Source of the DNA: an uncultured virus (IMG/VR IMGVR_UViG_3300006802_013268)
Taxonomy: Duplodnaviria > Heunggongvirae > Uroviricota > Caudoviricetes
DNA length: 64,000 bases
Direction: 5' to 3' (one strand)
Virus record (IMG/VR): IMGVR_UViG_3300006802_013268
In this document: positions 16,649 through 25,046 of the stretch, piece after piece
How the letters are laid out: every line of letters begins with the position of its first letter
Numbering within the stretch: position 1 is the stretch's first letter
The notes under the pieces: model-generated
What the model saw: only the letters and a program-made list of their open reading frames with translations
Database searches by the model: none
Told to the model about the DNA's origin: nothing
Made by a program: the position numbers and the translations under genes

Positions 16649-19107
16649 TACTGATTACGTTCTTTCCATGTTAAAGATATCTGTATTGTTTCTCCACTAG
16701 CACTGGTAAATCCGTCGCCACCTAATGGTCTCCACATAAACGTCCAAGGTGGTGCAACAGGAGGTGATCCCGTAATCTTACCAGCAGTCGGTACCATAGC
16801 AGATCCTGTACCTTCTGACCCTGTAACCCATCCACTACCATCAACAGCATTAACAATCGTTCTCAAATCATATGGGTATGCATAGTTTTTAGTAACAGAA
16901 GCAACCGTACCTAAAACAGGCGCTGCAGCAGAATCAACTCGAATATCACCAGATGTTAAACCAACATTTAACGCAGCATTATTTCTGCCATCGACTTTAA
17001 TGTTTGCTGTTCCAAGACCCGTTGAATCAAAATCAAATATTCTTGCTGAACCAGCACCGCTGACAAACAATGTAGATCCTATTGGAAAATCTGCTTCATT
17101 TACGCCAAGCGCGGCTTGCAAACCCGTTGCTTGAATTGTTCGCATTGCTCTGTCAGAGTCAATGAGATCTTCGGATGTATATAATGCCGCTGTTGATCCG
17201 CCATCAACACTTAAATAGTATGTGTTTCCGTTCAATGAGTTTGGTCCATTTTCCGTCAAACCGCTAATTGTTACTGGTGTTCTGTCAGTAAATAAATGAA
17301 CTTGTGCATTGCCGTAAATTGGATTGTATCCAACACGAATTCCTACTTTACCAGTAATACCAGTTGATTGTTCATCATATGTATTGGAAACTTGAGCAAT
17401 ACTTTGTGTTCTATTCCCGCCACCTTCAGAGTTATTCTTCAAGGTTCCGTTTTGAATATCTGTAAATACTTCACCAAAATTAAATTCACCAAAACCTTGT
17501 TTAATTGGAATACGCAAAATTTCTGGACCATGTCCTACGTGCCATGCTTGTTCGTCTCTCTCTACGGTTGAATACGCAACCGCTTGATAATTTTCTTGTT
17601 TTAGAATACACTGAGCGAATACACGGATCTCTCCATTAAGAGGAGCAGCACTATCGCGTGTAAATGCTTGCGCTTCCAGAGTTTTTGGAAAGTATAATGT
17701 TCTATTTGGAATAGTTCCACCAGAACCATCAGGAACATTTTCTGCGGGTTTTAATGTAAAGATATAATATGCACCCTGAGACCAAGGTTGTCGCAAAGCA
17801 CTCCCTGTTCCACCATAAGGAACGTCAATTCCGTAAGTGTCTATGTCGATAGTAAAACTTTCGTCGTATTGTCGGACTGGACCTTCTTCGATAATTTTTG
17901 TATTACCAATACCTTCTGCCCAAACACCAGCACCCAAAGCATAAAGTGTTCTTTCTTCGCCAAGCCAAGTCGATCCATCTAATGTTCTTGCTGCCCAACA
18001 GACTGGAAGGTTAGCATTTCGAATCGCGTTATGTACCCAACCACCTAGAGGACCACCGTTGCCCATATCCATGTCGTGACAAGTAATACGTTCGCCATTA
18101 TAATATACACCCCATCGAATACGCGACCCACCCAATTGTTGGAAGTCGATCCAGAAAAGATTCGCTTTTTCTAAATCAAGAGTCATACCAGATGGACCAG
18201 TTCCATCTAGTCTGTCTCTGTTCCACATGGTTTGACGAATAGTACCGTTCATATAATCAGTTTCGTTAGCAGGAGTTGTTACGCCATTAAAAGTTCTACG
18301 ATGAACTACTGATAATTCTGTTCCGTATTTCTGAAAAAAGAATCCGTTTTGAGAATCAAATATACCCCAACGACGAACAACACCCTCCGTGTCAGCGGAT
18401 GATAATCTAGCAGCCATATACAACAACTGGTTTGCGCCCGGAACATATGGATGATAAACGTTTGATGTGTTTGTTGCTACTGATCCAGTGTCTGATGTTA
18501 CTTTTACTAGCACTTCACCCGCACCACCATCATATTCAGCAGTACCGCCATTTTCTAAAGTATTAGTAAATTCTGATCTTAAAGCACTAAGAGAAAAATC
18601 GTATTGTGATAAAAGAGTTTGTTGTACGGTTCTCAAACCACCTGATGCCGCAACTTCAGCATTACCTTCTGCGAATCGAACGTTACCAGAACCAAACTTA
18701 TCAATTTCCCATCCATAAGACGGATTGATTTTACCGACAATTTGATTCACATTATAGTAATGATATTCCGCAGATGTTACTGTAGCAACTTGTCCGTATG
18801 TAGATTGAAAATCCGCGTCATCTGATTGAATAAGATCACCTGCTTGCGGAAGATTACCTGCCGCTAATAATGCAGGATCTTCAATATGAACATCGAAATA
18901 CCCAGTGTCGCCAAGGTAAACAGCATTGTGAATGTGTACTGAACCAAATCCAGTAATTGGATATTCTTCACCGATAGACCAAACATATGCGGTAGTTTGA
19001 GGAATTCTATTTTTACCAGAATAAAAAACGCGAACGGTTGGAACCATACGCACTTTTTTACCAGTGCTATCTGGTGGTACACTTAAATAGGATTTTTCAC
19101 CTGCCAT
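16648..19107 (-). CDS. Putative virion protein with a lectin/jelly-roll-like domain (island)
   Basis: 819 aa, G/T/S-rich; RRWGIFD..NGFFFQ, WN.D.LDGTGPSG.TLD, FWIDFQ.LG..R; own late promoter. Confidence 0.6.
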   Translation of the reverse strand: MAGEKSYLSVPPDSTGKKVRMVPTVRVFYSGKNRIPQTTAYVWSIGEEYPITGFGSVHIHNAVYLGDTGYFDVHIEDPALLAAGNLPQAGDLIQSDDADFQSTYGQVATVTSAEYHYYNVNQIVGKINPSYGWEIDKFGSGNVRFAEGNAEVAASGGLRTVQQTLLSQYDFSLSALRSEFTNTLENGGTAEYDGGAGEVLVKVTSDTGSVATNTSNVYHPYVPGANQLLYMAARLSSADTEGVVRRWGIFDSQNGFFFQKYGTELSVVHRRTFNGVTTPANETDYMNGTIRQTMWNRDRLDGTGPSGMTLDLEKANLFWIDFQQLGGSRIRWGVYYNGERITCHDMDMGNGGPLGGWVHNAIRNANLPVCWAARTLDGSTWLGEERTLYALGAGVWAEGIGNTKIIEEGPVRQYDESFTIDIDTYGIDVPYGGTGSALRQPWSQGAYYIFTLKPAENVPDGSGGTIPNRTLYFPKTLEAQAFTRDSAAPLNGEIRVFAQCILKQENYQAVAYSTVERDEQAWHVGHGPEILRIPIKQGFGEFNFGEVFTDIQNGTLKNNSEGGGNRTQSIAQVSNTYDEQSTGITGKVGIRVGYNPIYGNAQVHLFTDRTPVTISGLTENGPNSLNGNTYYLSVDGGSTAALYTSEDLIDSDRAMRTIQATGLQAALGVNEADFPIGSTLFVSGAGSARIFDFDSTGLGTANIKVDGRNNAALNVGLTSGDIRVDSAAAPVLGTVASVTKNYAYPYDLRTIVNAVDGSGWVTGSEGTGSAMVPTAGKITGSPPVAPPWTFMWRPLGGDGFTSASGETIQISLTWKERNQ

Positions 19108-19141
19108 TTATTGCTCCAAAAATTCTTGCGTTAATACTCTT

Positions 19142-19149
19142 TATTTATA
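19142..19149 (-). promoter_or_regulatory. T4 late promoter
   Basis: TATAAATA upstream of ORF 19107, followed by a GGAG SD. Confidence 0.85.
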
Positions 19150-19155
19150 AGTTTT

Positions 19156-21216
19156 TTATGCTGGGTTTCTATAGTTTCTGTCACCAGATTGTGTTAATGG
19201 GAATGTTCTGTTGTCGTTAGTAATTGTTTGTCCAGTTGTTAAAATAGGATCACTGCCAATACGATAAGTTAAGAAATCAATTTCTGTGTTAGATGGAACG
19301 GTAAATTGATATCTTGCGCCGACTTTTTCTACAGTGACCGTTTTACTGTTCGCACTATTTAATGTCGTGCCAAATGCCGAGGTAAATCCACTAAACGAAG
19401 TCGTAGTCAGTATAGCGGATGAACTTGGTGTTCCTGATACCACAAATTCATCAAACAATTGTAATGATGTATTGTCAGTATCGTCTCTAATAATAACCCG
19501 CACCTTGTCGCCTGCTGCCAACGCTCTTGGAAGTGTTGAGTTCGTGTCTTGAAGCACACCAGGAAAATTAGTAAAAGTGTTTGTTCCGTTTGCATTGATT
19601 TGAACAAAACCACCATTGTTGGTGTAACCAACATAATTCGAACCACCGTCACCAACGTTTGTATCAGCACTAACTGTTTCTGTCGCAATGCCTAACGTAT
19701 CACTAAGAGCGTTTCCTGAATAGGGTGAACCAGAAGTAGGCAACACTTTGATTTCGCTATTGCCTAGAATACCAGAGATGGTTACCGCAATCGATTCTAC
19801 AAAAGTAATCGTACCAGAAGTTTCCAATTTTGTTGGAACATCACCACCGTTAAGAATGTTTATAGTAAGGTTAACGCCCGTATTGTTTTCTATGGCGGCA
19901 TTGGCAGCCGCATCAGCGCCGAATCCACTAAACAAGTTTCCGATGAAATCATACGCTGATGTTGTCCACGTGCCCAAAGTATTCAGTATTTCAATCTGTC
20001 TGTTGAAAGCGCCGTAAATAAATGAACAATTAATTATCTTTTCGAATCCTTCAGGTGAAGGTCGAACAGTTGTGTTGGATACGGTGTTGTTAGTGAAAGC
20101 ACCAATTGTCACACCACCAGTATCACCTATTTGTAAGACTTCGATGTCTGTGAAAACTGTTCCTGCTATTGTAGTGTTAGCATCTTCTAGTGTGACAGTA
20201 CCTAATCCAGTAAACGCAGAACCATATAGATTTACGGTTTCTGTACCCGCAGATGAATTGTCAAACGTTATGATCCATCTATTGTCATTCGCCGAACCAC
20301 CAGCAGCAAAGGGTGAAGGTGCAGACGAAACTGACCAACCACCAGAACCGTTAAGATTATTGCCCGAACCCGATGAAATACCCGCATCTACTGTGACAGA
20401 GCCTCCGGATGCACTCAATACAGAAATACCTCCATATAGATCTGAATTTGCTTGAGTTGTACCCAAGTTGTCAAACAGCCACGTGTCACCCGAAAAATCA
20501 ACAGCATGTGTTGTTGTATCTGCGATACCTACTTGTACTGAAGTATTGAATACATATGCACCGCCGTAACCTTCATTAAAAATACCAGATGTAAGGCCAA
20601 CCGCAGTTACGATATCATCTGAAGTCCACGGCGTTGTACCCCCGTTTTGTCCTTCGATGAGAATTCCGGGCGAGTTATGGGGCAATCTCCACACACCATT
20701 TAACCATGTGTTATCAACCATCTTTGCACCCATCGCAACCTGAATAGTCGAGATGCCTACATATCGAATTGCGTTCGTGGCAGGTGGAGTTCCTCCAGTG
20801 GCACCAAAAAGTGTTGCCCTTGCCGCCGCTCTTTCAATATCAACAACAAACATAACCCAACCGCCTTCGGTTGCGAGAGGCCAAAAGTCATTACCTGCAA
20901 TGTTGACTTCAAAATAGTCGCTAATTGTAGCACCCGCAAAACGAACAGAAAATCCACCCAATGCCGCATCATCTAAAAGTCCTACGACACCACAGTTGAC
21001 CCAAAGATAAAACACATTATTCGATACGTCTGTTGCCGCACCCAAGTCAACCATAACACCTTGTTTTGAGTTTGTACTCTGAAATGCTCCAGAACGATCA
21101 CCCAAAATAAATACGTCAGTATCAATGTTGGCAGCACCTCCACCTAGATCAACATAAGTTGTTGCGTTGGTTGCGGCGGCGACAAGAGTTCGATTGTCTG
21201 TGATCTGGTTAGCCAT
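19156..21216 (-). CDS. Putative beta-rich virion protein (island)
   Basis: 686 aa, G/T/N/S-rich with a beta-helix-like middle; ends DRNYRNPA. Confidence 0.6.
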   Translation of the reverse strand: MANQITDNRTLVAAATNATTYVDLGGGAANIDTDVFILGDRSGAFQSTNSKQGVMVDLGAATDVSNNVFYLWVNCGVVGLLDDAALGGFSVRFAGATISDYFEVNIAGNDFWPLATEGGWVMFVVDIERAAARATLFGATGGTPPATNAIRYVGISTIQVAMGAKMVDNTWLNGVWRLPHNSPGILIEGQNGGTTPWTSDDIVTAVGLTSGIFNEGYGGAYVFNTSVQVGIADTTTHAVDFSGDTWLFDNLGTTQANSDLYGGISVLSASGGSVTVDAGISSGSGNNLNGSGGWSVSSAPSPFAAGGSANDNRWIITFDNSSAGTETVNLYGSAFTGLGTVTLEDANTTIAGTVFTDIEVLQIGDTGGVTIGAFTNNTVSNTTVRPSPEGFEKIINCSFIYGAFNRQIEILNTLGTWTTSAYDFIGNLFSGFGADAAANAAIENNTGVNLTINILNGGDVPTKLETSGTITFVESIAVTISGILGNSEIKVLPTSGSPYSGNALSDTLGIATETVSADTNVGDGGSNYVGYTNNGGFVQINANGTNTFTNFPGVLQDTNSTLPRALAAGDKVRVIIRDDTDNTSLQLFDEFVVSGTPSSSAILTTTSFSGFTSAFGTTLNSANSKTVTVEKVGARYQFTVPSNTEIDFLTYRIGSDPILTTGQTITNDNRTFPLTQSGDRNYRNPA

Positions 21217-21664
21217 TAGACTTCACTTTTCTATCATACAGGGTAACGGCACATGCTACAAAACTGTACATATCAAAGACTTCATCGTTGGGTATGTACA
21301 CCCTGTGATCCGGTACTCGTGAGCCTAGTTCAGAACCTTCAGGATCATCAGGTGGATTCAAATGTTCGTGATCCCAACCAAACATATAAATTGCATTGGT
21401 GGGATGCGTGAATGTTTCTAGGTTGGTTACGCCTGGATACCTTGGTGCTACTTGAGATTGCAACAGAACGATTTCGTGATCTGTAGGCAAATCATTTGCT
21501 GATGTAATATAAACAATATTACGATTCTGATCTTGAATGTTAGGCGTATATCGTTGAGGATCGTAGATTATGTACCACGTTTCTGGATTCCAATGCGATA
21601 GTACATACATCCATTGATCGTCATGTTTAGCATTATATGTGATTGTACAGACACTAAAAGCCAT
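21209..21664 (-). CDS. Degenerate SPOUT (SpoU/TrmH-like) methyltransferase-fold protein
   Basis: L..F.HP.NAIYMFGWD...L, D.RVYIP and ACAVTLYDR mirror the SpoU C-terminal knot motifs (FGxE..GL, D..V.IP, LN...A..V.LYD). Confidence 0.6.
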   Translation of the reverse strand: MAFSVCTITYNAKHDDQWMYVLSHWNPETWYIIYDPQRYTPNIQDQNRNIVYITSANDLPTDHEIVLLQSQVAPRYPGVTNLETFTHPTNAIYMFGWDHEHLNPPDDPEGSELGSRVPDHRVYIPNDEVFDMYSFVACAVTLYDRKVKSNG

Positions 21665-21928
21665 TTACTTGCCTTCCAATATTCTTTCTACTTCGCCGAC
21701 AAGTCCTTCATCCATCTGCTTTTTAAATGCGAGCACATCTTCTAATTGGAGATGCCATTGAGGTTCTTCGTTTCCTTCTACAAACGAAACAGTACCGTCT
21801 TCGTTGCGAACCATATCATTATCCATTTCAATTTCAATCGGCAATCGTTTCTCGTTGTTCGCGATGTAAAGAATTTCTTCTCTAGTACGACTAAGAATAT
21901 CGGCTGCTTGATCTAATGTTATTCTCAT
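21665..21928 (-). CDS. Small excisionase/MerR-like HTH protein
   Basis: ITLDQAADILSRTREEILY.....RLP ... W.L..EDVLAFK; AGGA SD. Confidence 0.6.
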   Translation of the reverse strand: MRITLDQAADILSRTREEILYIANNEKRLPIEIEMDNDMVRNEDGTVSFVEGNEEPQWHLQLEDVLAFKKQMDEGLVGEVERILEGK

Positions 21929-21947
21929 AATATTATCCTAAATCAAT

Positions 21948-21965
21948 GGGGCACCGAAGTGCCCC
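21948..21965 (-). terminator. cUUCGg hairpin after the 647-aa gene (weak terminator or stabilising hairpin)
   Basis: GGGGCAC-TTCG-GTGCCCC followed by an imperfect U tract (ATTGATTT). Confidence 0.75.
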
Positions 21966-21974
21966 GTTACATCA

Positions 21975-23918
21975 TTACTCTGGGTCAGAGTAGTTTCTTT
22001 CGAGAGCAGAAACAACTGAGTATGGGTTGTTGTCAATTCTGTCAATTACCTGTCCTGTCAACTGTACCCAAGAACCTTTATCTAGTCCTAACGCACGAAT
22101 AACGATTGCAGGATCAACACCAATTGCGTTTTGGTTTACTCTGTCTTTTTGCGTATTACCGTCATAATCGTAAGTAAACGAATAAGAACCACCAGATAAA
22201 TTTTGTGCAGCAAGTGTAGCACTAATACCGCCAGTATTCTCAACCGTAGTACCCGCAGAATCTACGAGAAGTGATCCGGGAGAGTTAAGAGGATGCGTTT
22301 CTACAAATGCTCCAACAGTATTTGCTTCGTTTACTAAATCAACATCGTCTAATGTGTTTACTCTCAAGAAATTATTTCCGGAGGTTCCGATAACTTTCAA
22401 AATTGTACCGTTGTTAGCAGCATTTACCATTCCAGAAAGTTTGATATAGTTATCGCCTTCTACTGCTGGATTAATACCACCAGTAGCAACTGGGTTTGCT
22501 GCTAATGCAGCAGTAGTTCCGGTGAAACCTGCAGAAAGTATAATATTGGCACTATCTAATGTTGCATCACCCGCAGCAGGACCACGATTAGCAACAGTGA
22601 TATCAGTTGTACCGCCACCATAACGACGAGTATAATCGTAATAAACCCAGAATTTTGCATTGCCTAGATCTTCTCTAATTGTATCAGAGAAAGAAATAGT
22701 TCCGTTTGCCGTAAACGGGAAGGTTTGTGGTGCTAAGTTGTTGTCTTGAAATTCTAAAGTGTTTACGTCCGTTGACAAGAAGTTCGTAATTGCTACACCA
22801 GTTCCACCACCGTCAAGGTTTGTAACGTTTTTAGTTTTCAGGGTAGGACCAACGAACTGTAACAATTCGTCTTGGAGTTTACCAATCTTGTTTGCACCAG
22901 CAGAATCTTCAATATTTACATTACGACGCAAACTATATTGTACCCATGAGTACAATTCGTTTTTACTTAAATTTGCTCCACCAGTTTCACCAGACTGTGC
23001 ATTAATTAACACACCAAACGGATAGTTCCCAGCACCTTGAAGATCTTTGGTATAACCCAAAGAACCAGAAAGAACCGCAGAACTAAGGTAACGAAGCGTA
23101 GGACCTGCATTATCAGAAGAATCGTATTTACCAGACGATCCACCAACGCCTTCTGGGTTGCTATTAGCAATAATCGTAGCATCGGTAACAGTTACATCAA
23201 GGTCTGTTCCTTCTACAAGCGGGAATCGCTGCACGTTGTAAGGAAGAGTAGTTCCTGCCGTGATACCGATGTCTCTTGTGTCGGTTTGATCATATGTTTT
23301 ACCTTCTTGGCGAATGAACAAACGAAGAATATCGCCACGATAATCAGTACCACCGTTAATATAGGTGTTGATTGCTTGGTTTACTTCACCGGGAAAAGCG
23401 AAATCGATAGCACTAGATTTAGGAGCATTGGTTGCAGAATCAAAGAAAGCATAATAGACTTTATCTTGATCACCACCACCGTCTTGGTTTTGATCGCCAT
23501 CAATGTTACCAAGAGAAATTACACCAAGATATTCTCTGTTAACTGTGGTGTTATCCTCTGCAATTTCTCTCCAACCACCAGCACGAATCAAATTTCTTGA
23601 ACTATCATCAGCAAGTTTCCAACCATAGTTAAATTCGAACTGTTCTGGGGTAATAGCAGTAATAGGGAAAGGGTATGCAATCAAGGATTTACTACGAGGA
23701 TCATCTTTCCATTGCTGTTTTAAAAATGAATACAAACACTGTAAGGTGACACCATCTTCGTCGAGAAGAACACCTTGTGCGTTGCTTTGAGTACCGTTTT
23801 GTCCATTATTAAGTCGAATGGTTCTGTTTGCCGTATTAATAAACACGGTATTACCATTAGCAGCAACGACATTTACAGCACTATCTGTTAAAAAATCAGG
23901 ATCTATGATAGTGGCCAT
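21975..23918 (-). CDS. Putative abundant virion protein (island)
   Basis: 647 aa flanked by its own late promoter, a GGAG SD and a UUCG hairpin; LYSFLKQQW, PFP...ITPEQFEF..GW; ends ERNYSDPE. Confidence 0.65.
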   Translation of the reverse strand: MATIIDPDFLTDSAVNVVAANGNTVFINTANRTIRLNNGQNGTQSNAQGVLLDEDGVTLQCLYSFLKQQWKDDPRSKSLIAYPFPITAITPEQFEFNYGWKLADDSSRNLIRAGGWREIAEDNTTVNREYLGVISLGNIDGDQNQDGGGDQDKVYYAFFDSATNAPKSSAIDFAFPGEVNQAINTYINGGTDYRGDILRLFIRQEGKTYDQTDTRDIGITAGTTLPYNVQRFPLVEGTDLDVTVTDATIIANSNPEGVGGSSGKYDSSDNAGPTLRYLSSAVLSGSLGYTKDLQGAGNYPFGVLINAQSGETGGANLSKNELYSWVQYSLRRNVNIEDSAGANKIGKLQDELLQFVGPTLKTKNVTNLDGGGTGVAITNFLSTDVNTLEFQDNNLAPQTFPFTANGTISFSDTIREDLGNAKFWVYYDYTRRYGGGTTDITVANRGPAAGDATLDSANIILSAGFTGTTAALAANPVATGGINPAVEGDNYIKLSGMVNAANNGTILKVIGTSGNNFLRVNTLDDVDLVNEANTVGAFVETHPLNSPGSLLVDSAGTTVENTGGISATLAAQNLSGGSYSFTYDYDGNTQKDRVNQNAIGVDPAIVIRALGLDKGSWVQLTGQVIDRIDNNPYSVVSALERNYSDPE

Positions 23919-23954
23919 TAAGTTTTTCTCCGAATAGTTGGCAATCTATGATTG

Positions 23955-23962
23955 TATTTATA
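23955..23962 (-). promoter_or_regulatory. T4 late promoter
   Basis: TATAAATA upstream of ORF 23918. Confidence 0.85.
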
Positions 23963-23966
23963 ACAT

Positions 23967-25046
23967 TTAGTAATTAAATGTCAGTCTGTCATCCCAAATT
24001 TTTGTAAATTCGGCAGTTCCATCTGCCCAAATAATTTCATAATCATCACCTGCTTGCTGATCAACACGTTTAATCCTCCATTTAGCATCAGAAGTAGCAG
24101 TGCCAGGCAAAGCTTCGCCAATGTAAATGTATTGATCTACGGTGTCTATCAATCTGTTGTATTGAACTTCCAAATCTGTTTTCAACCTTTCTAATATGTT
24201 TACAAACGATTCAACATTAAATCTTTTCTTTACGGGATCATATATTAATATACTATCGCCTACAATAACTTTAGGTTTTTTAACATTTGCCATATCAAGA
24301 ATGTTAAAACTACCACCGCCTCCCAAAGAGCTTAGCGATTGATTGATTCTATCAAACTGTTTTTGTACATTATTGTTAATAACAGTTTGATTTTCAGAAG
24401 CACGTTCGTTTAATTGTTTTAAAGCAGTTTCAAACTCTTCTCTATAATCTGGGGCAGGAGTTCCAGGATCTCCTTTCTCACCTTTCTCACCCTTTTCTCC
24501 AGGAATTCCTTGCGGACCTACGTCTCCTTTTTCTCCCTTTGGTCCAGGTGGTCCAGGTTCCCCTCGTGCTCCATCCGCGCCAGTAGCGCCATCAGCACCT
24601 TGAAGTCCTCGCTCACCTTTTTCGCCGCGTTCTCCACGTTCTCCTTGTGCTCCTTGTTTTCCTTCATCACCTTTATCCCCTTTAGGACCAGTCAAACCAG
24701 GAAGACCTATCTCTCCTTTTTCTCCTTTTTCGCCGCGTTCTCCCTGATCGCCGCGTTGTCCATCTGCGCCGCGTTCTCCTTGCGGACCCGTCTCACCTCT
24801 TTCACCTTTTTCACCACGAAGTCCAGGATCTCCCTTGTCTCCCTTGACACCTTGGTCACCTTTGTCTCCTTTAATTCCTTTATCGCCTTTTATTCCTTGG
24901 ATACCTCTAGGACCTTGAGGACCAGCAGGACCAACAACAGGTTCAGTTACTTCAAGAATATCAAATATTTTATTTTCTAATTTTTTTATTTCTCTCTGCG
25001 TGTGCACAACATTAAACGCAGTAGAAATCGTATCAATTTTGCTCAT
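23967..25046 (-). CDS. Collagen-like fibre protein
   Basis: 53 uninterrupted Gly-X-Y triplets flanked by coiled-coil-like segments; C-terminal YIGEA.PG......WRIKR...WADG...F...WDDR domain; ATG 25046 overlaps the gp20 end. Confidence 0.9.
   Translation of the reverse strand: MSKIDTISTAFNVVHTQREIKKLENKIFDILEVTEPVVGPAGPQGPRGIQGIKGDKGIKGDKGDQGVKGDKGDPGLRGEKGERGETGPQGERGADGQRGDQGERGEKGEKGEIGLPGLTGPKGDKGDEGKQGAQGERGERGEKGERGLQGADGATGADGARGEPGPPGPKGEKGDVGPQGIPGEKGEKGEKGDPGTPAPDYREEFETALKQLNERASENQTVINNNVQKQFDRINQSLSSLGGGGSFNILDMANVKKPKVIVGDSILIYDPVKKRFNVESFVNILERLKTDLEVQYNRLIDTVDQYIYIGEALPGTATSDAKWRIKRVDQQAGDDYEIIWADGTAEFTKIWDDRLTFNY
24456..24932 (-). repeat. Collagen (Gly-X-Y)53 coding repeat
   Basis: GPA GPQ GPR ... 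GEK GDP GTP, counted by hand. Confidence 0.95.
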
